Of a stretch of DNA of 64,000 nt, positions 58,401 through 59,754 are shown piece after piece. Position numbers and translations under genes: made by a program. Numbering within the stretch: the first letter of the stretch is position 1; each line of letters opens with the position of its first letter. The DNA lies in contig JAZDNB010000009.1 in the NCBI GenBank assembly GCA_043800345.1, forward strand, positions 27,340 to 91,339. The letters are read 5' to 3'. Under the pieces are notes generated by a model that was not told where the DNA came from, did no database searches, and saw only the letters and a list, made by a program, of their open reading frames with translations. Source of the stretch: Candidatus Omnitrophota bacterium (GTDB lineage Bacteria; Omnitrophota; Gorgyraeia; VGKN01).

Positions 58401-59404
58401 AGGGAGAACTTTCTCCTTCGCGGCTAGACGATAACCGGGAAATCAAAAAACACTTAAGAGAGAGCGGTTCGCTGCATCCGGAAACGGAGTTTATGATTTT
58501 GAGGGTGTTAAACGGCCTCCGCGGGATGGGAACAGAGCTTCGTGTTGAAACGGCGCCCGAATTGACGCTTACTGCGGAATCGGATACCGATGCTTACCTG
58601 GGATATTTGGATTATGCATCGCTGCGGTTTATTGACGGAAACAGCGAGGAAGCGCTTCAGAACATGAATTTAGCTCTTACGTACTTTGCAAGACATTTGT
58701 CCGAACGCGATAAGATACTCGAAACATTTATAAAAGAATTGCGCAGAAAAAATCCTGCCCAACGGATAGTGGTAGTAAGGGGATACTGGCATACGGGAAT
58801 AGCAATAAAGCTGGCACAAGAACAGACTTCAGGAACGGTTGAAATAAAAAGGCTTACGCCGCGAAGAAAGGGCATTGTTTTTAATCAACTCTCCGAGCTT
58901 ATAAGGAGGGACTGGATGAGTGCAAACCTAAGCACAGAAGACAGGGATAAATTTGCTCTACCTGAAGAGCAAAAAGAACTTATGCTGCTACGTCAACTGA
59001 TAAGCGCGTTTCTAGAAACGGCATATCAGGGAGAAAGGGAACGTTTCATGCTTGATATGACATTAAGAAAAGTCACCGATAGAATGAACCGGCAGGATAT
59101 GGAAAATTTATGCAAATTTGTCAAAGAAAGCATGAGGCAAAATGCACTTGTTACGGCTATGTTTGAGGACCTAGATAAGACAACAAGTGCGGCAAAAGAC
59201 AGAAAGCTTGATGAAGAAATAAAGGCAATCGCAACGGGATATATTTTACGTTGGATGCGCGATAACGGGAAAATAAAAGATGAAGAGCTAAAGTATTTTC
59301 CGGACATAAATATGTTTATGCTTAATGCAACTACTGCTAGTTCCGGAGAACCTGAGCTAGGTACTCTCCCGGACACCCTCCGCAAAACAGAAACTACTTT
59401 ATAG
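34427..59404 (+). CDS. Giant multidomain megaprotein (8,325 aa) with an N-terminal signal-anchor (MIDWQTGNKKFWIRIIAIIIAEVFFFTGF)
   Basis: Uninterrupted 24,978-nt ORF with an ATG start. It is preceded by a consensus promoter and an AAAGG Shine-Dalgarno about 13 nt upstream. Conserved enzyme motifs occur along its length. Stop is TAG at 59402-59404. Confidence 0.9.
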   Translation: MIDWQTGNKKFWIRIIAIIIAEVFFFTGFDLPWETNSLAYAASEKLVPPLKTDKEGTDSREENRANVISASLLVYSELFPQLSPREIMQKVSNELCFPITWYNAMGTFLEEENVNPRHYIFEIGNKYYEVKLDIVEKTVIQHLREVQQIVMAQKIQQGEFVCLADIVPQGLLTEANQGKANMNISEVTLPEGVHTVFKVDDEGNMNMVSQDALLEEAREGVEYNSLFLKVGTVAYIVLLRVGLGAVGPENLPKELVEIIGTKAVEELLALDMARHEELGSLDAPFVLRFMDVTAASETHFMLVESKGGALLDNEARNITVLEVEAANVDFPEWMWPRPHSPPQENSFLVAVLPIKLSIASTTTVAGLSEDKDSRRETAGFPSQDEALQLVQEASQHLKRDGIVAIGSDPSSMTFLAPQAVDSKASPLQTIHPQQTSSAIVNVSNTAAATPELQIITSTITPSQEFTPPTATTAAVFPAGTTTLSSRLPTDIAGTVTSSQEFTEPVTTVLSAISPEASVASPKPQVAVTSVTPSQEFAAPIAVAGAVISAETTTISPEPRVVASTIVPSQEFAKPTATVETVISHTIPVQAISVPLGEGVRERAQRAITPLAERYRRESLKMREKLNTYTPLEKVLSEEILPELKRLFTQYLEHPETSRESGPIAAFLVSGESGSGKTTSVKLAKELFIKELTALALKKGRQIVEPVLHLLFDDYMLQQEDRPIDPATDKTTENPLEKFQIERFLKDLTALLKGKTIYKPVFDSDTRGRVKFGLDDRGIYVVSGYVKFGDERKELKCYIEVDSHTQVPYLVFEGKRYTEMPFSSIPISVRRNEKGNIVVNIRGSDNVIISNEAGDIFVSAGDVKRTLEKEKQLEALEIISPQDKVLIIEGILTLFDKDLCDRCLTMAVRGDFDARILRQLIRASKETGRKTSDEEFIRHRIELVNQEEVPYVIPTLKNAQWTVTTLSRSEAIYVLYRHGQLENPTAKVRGVLRQLRIDPADLMKDLRDVYFDVIKARLRTGGGIESETTGTSFKVFIDTAGLVIKVPLASFRKKFEDEFTSFFNTILKKRLGGIMVPGAIVNLGTGGLGLHVKRYVGNEERELEWVLIQNRVEPLRTRITRLVAHGNITKAKRLIDQYFALQKEMWARGVLDTDPKFMEKYGLMIINGEERLVVIGVDGLTANADLYDQELYRKDTIRPVHKNLPSVELLQYYYKQANQMPSKEDFIARHFETREGMKRAHTVPDISDIEIAKEQMGLIVSRVKDAKIKRLRELFRTIRYGADNPFIYWVKLYLDTMYADAPQYKVVNSLYEQLLKSPSLIGAGRIDVTSISDLIKAMPQAAELTASEIYNIADDISSYTLLPTTESKSVASAPSSITAVSWPNFIAGALAAGIIIILQYMNVLPYQYLGLISFIYFISFLIIHELGHWKDTGFRKFPLGELFSKEGISIPGSEGLSGIRISFAFFIASIALFALSAIFLPHYAIYLLPAVIINFIYAASIGDWKDTLAKVRLSELQKGTVTAEEDITFSITRDFAQKFVQGVYDNLVPDVLKRVREGARLKPSIKEDVFSINPMDVSENRRLMNKALDDLIEHEGDSVEFTILMGGLASRMRKEPPGEPTQALLRDYVTWLYSQGFDPFAWLQERLGISIDKNDINALALNYPTKGIMPVGVDGEGRFITKVGEFAIGIRRLQELVNEERRRRGKAGNPIKFKIILAGNEEAYDAVMDWDLRVNNYYGLEPGQFEPANEVLGRSFVSTPEYVMRYAENFGGRDSERFKKAMQAAEERKGEVLPELTPWGHAEFLIQTISSGRIIEKARRGAFANFVRNVDNSGAKIDWMWLVEYGKALEAREQGKEIGLALEVSQRPQGASGKGGGYFKLEKDGETRDIVLEDSILQMVRKNIRQSDCAQLEERGFHVVVVREYDSKIIPKLETQKAMVLDASQELIDLLPEEIITTRGTRLTKDKVLEWIKEYGNTLPLNKRLEIYYNPQTKEVVAYEQLVDRSSYYVNNAVGTLFWDVILKDIFGSSVEEILALESLPAQKQREELHRIAEQGRVKANLIFEPKPRVTEDEVIPIIRPEGNMWDLLKAVRTLVIGVESTESAARSIAMDPENSRSYEEQTRFAPVKSWLDSDLYAKDLNKTILDYMLYGDIFNPASALPYPRKAQEMSIAELLVEYLHKVPGSEHYFDHPLMRENLISYLDGSPHIAVPLASTSEKIKVYAVRADMGVILIALNLGEFTYPDPRDGRQKAWTSLYGRKSIETVLGRESLDELGSVYQAQDVVTSEVYRRYTVADLVRDGLDIGIPEPGIHIVRLTPTGQINEGVVQPVPSEDFSDILALAVKGAVAGELTAAEKIGQEILRLSEENPALLKTKLQEITRLSPERAQEKFGSDGICAVMALIATVIPDLLIDMKDWNRETYDALSDIVTYKDNADLFREGKLTIHLTDRKTALVISKSFKDRRLFIPIHFASRPYRLTDGKAWFRILDLDSVGVYSDRTCYRVYDYTLMHEEGKRGGFYATEHVGEDLVENGWAIGVPVINVGTKTEQNAPLRFQILELYRVSIDTTLTGPRIMAEIVSSASMLTQGRTLRDVLHKISSVISRLQVSISNPKTLRKLFFLLVISGFVLFLLTGCAPTPTVSEKPFLLTLMENTVKLALYLIAIAVAVFAVIIYAISGLISEIIRLFVRRIMPLLRSSIKKQSPHIDVTGPPLPSGPLFERLWEGIGELTPDWERMTLVANVVLELMQAREEPVALDDLLGPCLALLSAHGFFDTPVKVSELLHRLVACGALREEGGRYALALPARIVAVKTDNVYYILKDIKTALDNIRGRKQEASVNLENIIREYAQAAELWPMYPLENRWPILRAVALLDKADQKLLIRFLKSKPSLQKYYLVDSILLMCKELSKNWLKTQASHLIGRTVYYITSECWHLAGGLGRVSQYHTAAMKQLVGNNAQVATIEPYYRYRLNKSGELEEIDYGSLPIPVEDLRAEPIFEYEVTVKGKQVTAQVFKGKNKLGLEVYLIRDKEDYYTRMLYRYSQYGTASWEEFSEFISRASLELVERLESENKKKMGNNWKAPVVIANDGQLGVFPLFRRMHYAASEIFGNILVWFVTHTYKNRGVFEGRDATGLGLNNADRASTVSAVIRDDVAPRDPQVALTAVTNGDNREYSAKVFREILLGLFPDADVEEPTIEQIIAAKQEAKRRLNLNPDQIVISYSGRLVEEKAGRKRAFTDSNILDWVKAGAQVIIYGNVQAHTQAMYDDLKALEARLNTAGYPGKLIVMTGWGITEQLDLLAATDIQVQDSDRATGASEYTEADISANGGLQFGPPWLEGIIQRQGVVLNRNVAGWGNTIIPRDYSPEAYLEALMWAVSTFKENREKFAAYQATSVRLSRILEALLTGAEYLRQCDRAVRLKENPLELLTDFIKGDRDVERYLGTERTKADLVGYLDANASATPREFHEKETAIFPLKSMAEKIKLYAVKLSGEVFIVAVNTGEFQYQGQKIKKAWSLLYSTQSLEALLGGEDIYELFNVYQVEDAVSTVGELYGRYAVWELLDRGLSIGVPEPGLQILRLRRTEEVRKMPKKEIVKQNIPNMIAAAINEEIIEGTSSPAELLTHIIPQYVNRPDELKDILREISGLALDDARAMFSEEGIPAVMAFVGFLVPELLEEMKDWNSEVYSMLDSAINNGLNRDLFREGEIGFHKADRNTALVLSRTLNGRRIFVPIHFAKKPYDEAEGKVRFKVDGMGALGYEGQATHTIFDHIMRSFYPPLYTGDDLARGWRIDIPVVSGKKDTNGFIQHGWRFQILEIDAPVSAWDIVDQLGESAASALEYFITPRQAKDNKTICQIATRFVGPWDEIETKILSEVETLGLPKNALVHLVGALPVGMMSHKLNDFQIPHDGRATGLYWLDVEGKGKVVIKNPYNGQNGMTASMFSITDPAGNKGKIASIAAKLHEAGYRAVIDFAGHVAVDSPIVFEHPDWFKPYLLGGSQDIDPELIDAEILTASNGEAFLLYLDDRDDRWADIFRRNQSLSWGHVKGQPHKIRVLLRHHTGIGPMSDTASLNWDLPEVRNWAIGILRGWHDAGIDGFRCDLAQNVPDIFWREARAALSGAVFLHEDYASSEQKRIRQTVTGVDGFYNHELYNAMREKNPQRIRDLLAQQASYLRHLVNYMGNHDEKLALAICGGNRDRLMAAETIIQTLPGYSMYYWVQAKGWQWQGEEIKRELTYESFMALSEKEKEDPAVLSGYRKLEKITDQPLFKDSAEITVLESDNPSFVAYRRHCLSEEFQDENAVVIVNYSDSANIGTVKLVPEQLGAPGGAEERYFFLYDTIQDKLYLYTDSELRDFKQNLVPWESRVYLVREIHNPSEVLKSYKRGLGDIKLLNIEKLSEQSLPVSQRLLLQAEIGRFVKDVGTGNGSFLQKMEEVFGWEKIDCDEASNIFALLLQEKFRELGYEIPISATGSERIQFINMEVQSVAVRPWPHYCIVVYWDNKPWLYIDSSFSRFFRYDREHTYEVLCEPLDSVSASRIEQIIRQKGVEVGILTVNADEKWHVPSFDSAAVRDTVMKNAKMRAVLMWFLHSAPRDEEEVAPAQARTERKEEKARSAVSWVNIGVASLVVGVIAILQYMNVLPYQYLGLISFIYFISFLIIHELGHWKDAGFRKFSFGELFTREGISIPDSEGLPGIVTSLGLVFCLSTLFVVSSLFLSHYSAYLIPAIVINLIFALSVGDWKKALIETKIDRPLRILTPLGKRARLIINEYAPFLRRAVTHLNDNQIGLISLAALAVLGALVIVLRVDVYAVPLAGLSIRKVSTNGPGGDTDSSSANALAAHIRQEFGKPELYLNKPAFTKQEIRQLLSLLPSMKSRMRYIDQIVERIVYARRIKEFESLDDLRVRARLPYRVMRDFELLITGGVLMDVPLGERRLVHKRAVREPLSEEVISTGQIVSERLSQETERLRDIFKLLSAVGKSEDLPRGIRDELERRGYHALFNLSPAYQEALLLLLEIKFLYSIRFTARERTRYLLYVEAHDKRKYELFMRLSAKDQDSAAMVRRKWFKGIDIALLAEEIALYLKGEHPRDKAFADFIKVARRGKGRLLLNELIKILSPLSQNALSLNFSKRNLRLAYLLKTCKEILGEVTKEDKAGLLQSLNIPSEDDLLAIDIGILKESIYRLRQYGLTVTAERLRLDEGEIAGEFQKEIAGFIGMLAGSDEEQIRNAVQRLKLMYMLQPKLFMKGTSDGKDLGSHRSSIVPVKSAVKLTYFGGDEINCGGILIEDGREKLKTSLLIDPGISMDREAELYSKIYMRDRVVHLGIRDRLINGLMPRLKGLYRPDLTEPSMKISAATPPVDGILVTHAHIDHIGNIAYIRNDIPIWVSPETRAVLRTLDKTGADIKNEYFDFVDRETGRMIRRKINVFEYDVPFMVGKLKVIAKRVDHSAVGACAFFVETSQGWVSYVGDMRMNYSRDTAGTLRSFKNRTEDYIEAARQLSPVVLYIDGTNFEKPHTKDTEEDIGKRTDELLQGDEVKRKPVVVSFSYLNLERMKIFLEAAKRNARKLVISMKEAYLLESLKEIFLRMYLAKNGFEELIIIVDRADMAARVLLHRKEEGALRDVMLCGVMVHMENYYASGLLQACMGSVDAQQAQLIALALGYSKGKPPKTDKGIPEARIEELFTGETAEAIAARAVFFKWLHGVQEVKAPDEIMEQIAGRYVIEQGMVNAEAEKVKTEGHEMQKLLKETFAVLEKTNLEDLSEKIEKFSMEDYGYPDLEKEEGLLVYQARKKTGTYDETKDYRRFERSILANPRIRRIRKEEAAQQKSELMICLNTYEISEILGIFKYGEGGVHIYSQSPPFNVETEIAEDKLDEWLADYKMTKRYIHASGHLTAEQIPDAVRTIQPASVYVVHSKNRGSLARMLRENVMAQGQTTVVLYAKQYSLLEGESRFESLPEDVAKMLPEASRIFLSRLTKDQIAGIVEELSVVKKDVTIQEEISAIFRDAKRRARIFTYAERPDSKNIDDIADKIEELRLYFKSQLIRIQMQEMLGVVSGEELKNARLVLSDRIFNALVDEIAMPSLIARLTDSIKENTGISMTAARKEARNIFVYRIKRKSAALLFHHWEETRGPLRFMMIFKEGMKPLYAKLVTGIVYDTVAEFFKGLEGEFELPVPVGGSIDAAIRIMAKGEQVLREDEKEYAKDIIDGLVMAVADKDLMKQLKTMALLYASRGVSRLRRRPEQGPTPVDRTYEAIVNIITELIQTIASGDVVLSEKQVSAFSSLIATRILSEVARQLTSGEITLSELARILRSLGALTASPRKSSPGQKEQDTGISISSPIKDIIVSVITRPPAVLIGMELILDIGNRSALFNSITQFLMYGGKIIMSVEADNSQVTYEFRKALVTYIRGLYPLGAPEDMTGGIILEDSGRYYNLDNISLKDIPRTDVTLSDDKPLKEQLEELIKIIRKQTNEMSLTEETEWYKTNIALLAQHGLADKGDKLARDRFLPHKIKLLKEFSLDLGMIDRYALSTLQRRIANLKAYGSEVTASNLRLTKEQLVRTYRTTVLQLLQKEPAEDVIVRLKELFKLQPALFMSVTAGGRLLGQRRKDVIPEAVGGITFYGSVGKIGGNIIMVRDVDSKIVLDMGAAGHSWGEYFSGWSSFKVHEMVDGSLEVGILPWLPDAMREDMLKGKSGMIPIESQGVKAVLLTHAHLDHVESLYALDPDVLVICSEETKATLETLQWQTPGSIRTELVEVKDRTDMTTIPYPRLPRNMVTFRRDTPFQVGSFKITPVRVGHSVPSDAFVVETSMGKIVYTGDLTVQSHDGARTREFFDMLAKEHNILALITEGVNVRYEKPATIATEEEYAQRTDQIIKASKGKPVFTSFSWMYVNRLKTYYALAKANKRKLVVPLRSLYYAMKLRELGYDIPDLLSDPDVLVHVPERKWQYTIHQFIYQLFGKVADVRGTKVRQKLPTQTKIYGELPDERMVNSEWLSKARNYRDLIVILPLPQLNEWDTILPHYDSPFIYSLGAVFNKDMEQLQEKIRQWTDKYELVWENLYVSPHIEEADLVEAIRRAVDAGSKYVLPIHTEFPERFGQLLPSSDAFMLSEPLREYTLLKSEDRVRIAHSMLQIEGLEGPLVDFINNATDADSISLLEDVHSTKDKTRFDSEIKSLITDFESKVMRVSEEDFVRIVRAYVTGQTLRLRIRAEYSLASADEIAREYAALYSALLETVVGFNRLNNPLPDLRMFVAVVVGDFSNIGKNLKDAQIIFTYDAPRESKGARSAVILSRLTSEMMYKITGVVGIDPANDFDKRLSFVRERINALNFWTVKRNRDKAKLAYAPAYAGGGDATLVQELATILKTARVIQEREVIAELPDGLKEIFEPLRGKLSRNSERLLGRLKTADAVRLLNSLSRVKSRADMETELAQYERIKATGNAALYYYQAQMLRLEVAGIYHAVSDDELRSQKIILAGLCKIETSVAETKPQAEPPVMVSAQMSIQQQVERAWQDENGQLNQIKRRLEGLIEEIAQGYSLVVIAPHNLVGLPIDADSFTFATTVYHRLSSEAEKIGRKVVVITDPSEAKDAANTLYICIFPISHQNEGYVDADKQMLRLPEVKGKRALFVGDVRFYQPDAYKRKDSFGFDTMVVQDHHQWNDEFIEKMDAFSDEHTLFVNNHLILKDEKADTYATGAFCADLMGTELDPWYLFAKQLSLFGDKYHLHFSKFTQGLDVKEAEYVAEMLTLCGTYLQGWSATTVQKNKVVAEIIETVSSSDSFGQLKENLERITSLKFGADFTKWHRGIMQDVEDSIRDFLVSDDKIYFYRIQSKDNIALLVHRIVFGRLNALGEFKDRILIHYYVREDGNLDVLLARGSDFTAIDVSDVCLHGPEGKSWGGGHKDRAGFSTASVKEWMGEDAEQGQEKVLDFILSNLKEQYVRYYGPIRYISDVHGSPELVEQQLIDALTWAGNGGIVICEQLTEKDLDIYRRVAQGELSPSRLDDNREIKKHLRESGSLHPETEFMILRVLNGLRGMGTELRVETAPELTLTAESDTDAYLGYLDYASLRFIDGNSEEALQNMNLALTYFARHLSERDKILETFIKELRRKNPAQRIVVVRGYWHTGIAIKLAQEQTSGTVEIKRLTPRRKGIVFNQLSELIRRDWMSANLSTEDRDKFALPEEQKELMLLRQLISAFLETAYQGERERFMLDMTLRKVTDRMNRQDMENLCKFVKESMRQNALVTAMFEDLDKTTSAAKDRKLDEEIKAIATGYILRWMRDNGKIKDEELKYFPDINMFMLNATTASSGEPELGTLPDTLRKTETTL
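35770..36200 (+). repeat. Thr/Ser/Pro-rich tandem repeats (~38 aa x 4) each anchored on PSQEF
   Basis: TPSQEFTPPTATTAAVFPAGTTT.., SSQEFTEPVTTVLSAISPEAS.., TPSQEFAAPIAVAGAVISAETT.., VPSQEFAKPTATVETVISH. Confidence 0.7.
36380..36960 (+). other. Uridine kinase / phosphoribulokinase-family P-loop kinase-like domain
   Basis: Walker A AAFLVSGESGSGKTTSVKLAKELF matches the UK/PRK pattern G.SGSGKTT. Confidence 0.45.
38560..38950 (+). other. M50 (site-2 protease)-like intramembrane HExxH module A
   Basis: ILQYMNVLPYQYLGLISFIYFISFLIIHELGHW has HELGH inside a TM helix. Three further hydrophobic helices follow, then SIGDWKDT. Confidence 0.4.
39100..40350 (+). other. UDPGP-family nucleotide-sugar pyrophosphorylase domain (UDP-glucose / UDP-GlcNAc pyrophosphorylase type)
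   Basis: FTILMGGLASRMRKEPPGEP parallels L(N/A)GGLGT(S/R)MG..GPK. FVRNVDNSGAKIDWMWL parallels NIDNLGA.VD. Confidence 0.5.
41050..42130 (+). repeat. Diverged internal duplication, copy A (~350 aa) of protein 2
   Basis: SEKIKVYAVRADMGVILIALNLGEFTY...GIPEPGIHIVRL...GICAVMALIATVIPDLLIDMKDWNRETY...DLFREGKLTIHLTDRKTALVISKSFKDRRLFIPIHFASRPY...WRFQILE aligns residue by residue with copy B. Confidence 0.7.
43180..44480 (+). other. GT-B glycosyltransferase domain, glycogen/starch synthase-like (GT5/GT4)
   Basis: YYITSECWHLAGGLGRVSQ parallels KTGGLGDV. VVIANDGQLGVFPLF parallels HAHDWQTAL.P. ISYSGRLVEEKAG parallels GRL..QKG. AQVIIYGNV matches the downstream block. Confidence 0.45.
44830..45880 (+). repeat. 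Diverged internal duplication, copy B
   Basis: AEKIKLYAVKLSGEVFIVAVNTGEFQY...GVPEPGLQILRL...GIPAVMAFVGFLVPELLEEMKDWNSEVY...DLFREGEIGFHKADRNTALVLSRTLNGRRIFVPIHFAKKPY...WRFQILE. Confidence 0.7.
46150..47130 (+). other. GH13 (alpha-amylase family) catalytic domain
   Basis: Region I-like AVIDFAGHVAVD. Region II AGIDGFRCDLAQNV (GxDGFRxDaa, nucleophile Asp). Region III FLHEDYA (catalytic Glu). Region IV YMGNHDEK (NHD). Confidence 0.55.
48300..48670 (+). other. M50-like intramembrane HExxH module B. About 115 nt are near-identical at the DNA level to module A.
   Basis: ILQYMNVLPYQYLGLISFIYFISFLIIHELGHWKDAGFRKF. Nucleotides 48308-48430 versus 38600-38720 differ at only a few positions. Hydrophobic helices and SVGDWKKA follow. 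Confidence 0.45.
50200..52180 (+). other. RNase J-like metallo-beta-lactamase + beta-CASP module 1
   Basis: LTYFGGDEINCGGILIEDG parallels the RNase J start (LGG..EIG.N). ILVTHAHIDHIGNIAYI matches HxHxDH. VDHSAVGACAFFVETSQGWVSYVGDMRM parallels HS.PDS.G..IET..G.IV.TGDFK. YIHASGHLTAEQIPDAVRTIQPASVYVVHSKNR parallels HVSGHA...E......KP...IPVHGE. Confidence 0.6.
54260..55710 (+). other. RNase J-like metallo-beta-lactamase + beta-CASP module 2
   Basis: ITFYGSVGKIGGNIIMVRDVDSKIVLDMGA, VLLTHAHLDHVESL, VGHSVPSDAFVVETSMGKIVYTGDL, YVSPHIEEADLVEAIRRAVDAGSKYVLPIHTEF. Confidence 0.6.
57020..58200 (+). other. DHH/DHHA1 phosphoesterase domain (NrnA/RecJ-like nanoRNase / pAp phosphatase family)
   Basis: LVVIAPHNLVGLPIDADSF resembles DHH motifs I/II. 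MVVQDHHQWN carries the DHH motif. WGGGHKDRAGFS matches the DHHA1 GGGH motif. Confidence 0.5.
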
Positions 59405-59541
59405 TCACCTAAACGTAATCTTGCCCCATAGTATAATTCGATAATGATGCAATATCCTTAAGAGAAACCCGTATATTTCCACTTTTTAAAACAGATTAAA
59501 TAAGTTGATATGGTATTGAATTTTTTTGTAATTATGCAAAA

Positions 59542-59563
59542 AAACTGTATCAAAACTGTATCA
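59542..59563 (+). promoter_or_regulatory. Tandem 11-bp direct repeat AAACTGTATCA x2, 17 nt upstream of the -35 element; candidate transcription-factor site
   Basis: aaactgtatca aaactgtatca lies directly in front of the promoter at 59580. Confidence 0.35.
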
Positions 59564-59579
59564 TGAACGGAGAATTTCC

Positions 59580-59608
59580 TTGACAAAATGAAAGGAGGTG
59601 CATATAAT
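59580..59608 (+). promoter_or_regulatory. Sigma70-type promoter for the efflux-like operon: TTGACA (59580-59585), 17-nt spacer, TATAAT (59603-59608)
   Basis: Perfect consensus hexamers with 17-nt spacing, about 150 nt upstream of the TTG start at 59755. Confidence 0.6.
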
Positions 59609-59635
59609 AATAAAAAATTTTAATCCCACACTACG

Positions 59636-59686
59636 CCCCGCGTTGCGGAATGGGTGTGACTGTGCTCTATGAACCTGCGTTCATAG
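59636..59686 (+). promoter_or_regulatory. Two small hairpins in the 5' leader: CCGC-gtt-GCGG (59636-59648) and CTATGAAC-ctgc-GTTCATAG (59667-59686)
   Basis: Perfect inverted repeats with 4- and 8-bp stems. No T-tract follows, so they are not intrinsic terminators. Possible leader structure or operator. Confidence 0.35.
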
Positions 59687-59754
59687 GCGCGAGATTGGAA
59701 AAATAGAAACCACGGGTATTAACCCATGGAGCTTCATAAAAAGGATTCAAATTA

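Noticed and set aside
248-59385. Roughly 100 short minus-strand and off-frame ORFs (60-159 aa) listed in the six-frame track inside the giant genes
   Set aside because: All are nested within the two stop-free giant + strand ORFs, and have no RBS or conserved motifs. Their lengths fit chance expectation for this base composition (about 42% GC), so they are almost certainly not genes.
59405-59541. Possible small ncRNA or tRNA in the 350-bp intergenic region after giant gene 2
   Set aside because: No cloverleaf-compatible structure or conserved RNA motif is recognisable. The region is AT-rich and is best explained as promoter and leader sequence.
59667-59686. The 8-bp perfect hairpin as an intrinsic terminator for giant gene 2
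   Set aside because: It lies downstream of the next promoter (within the leader of the OMF gene) and has no U-tract. It is better explained as a leader structure or operator.
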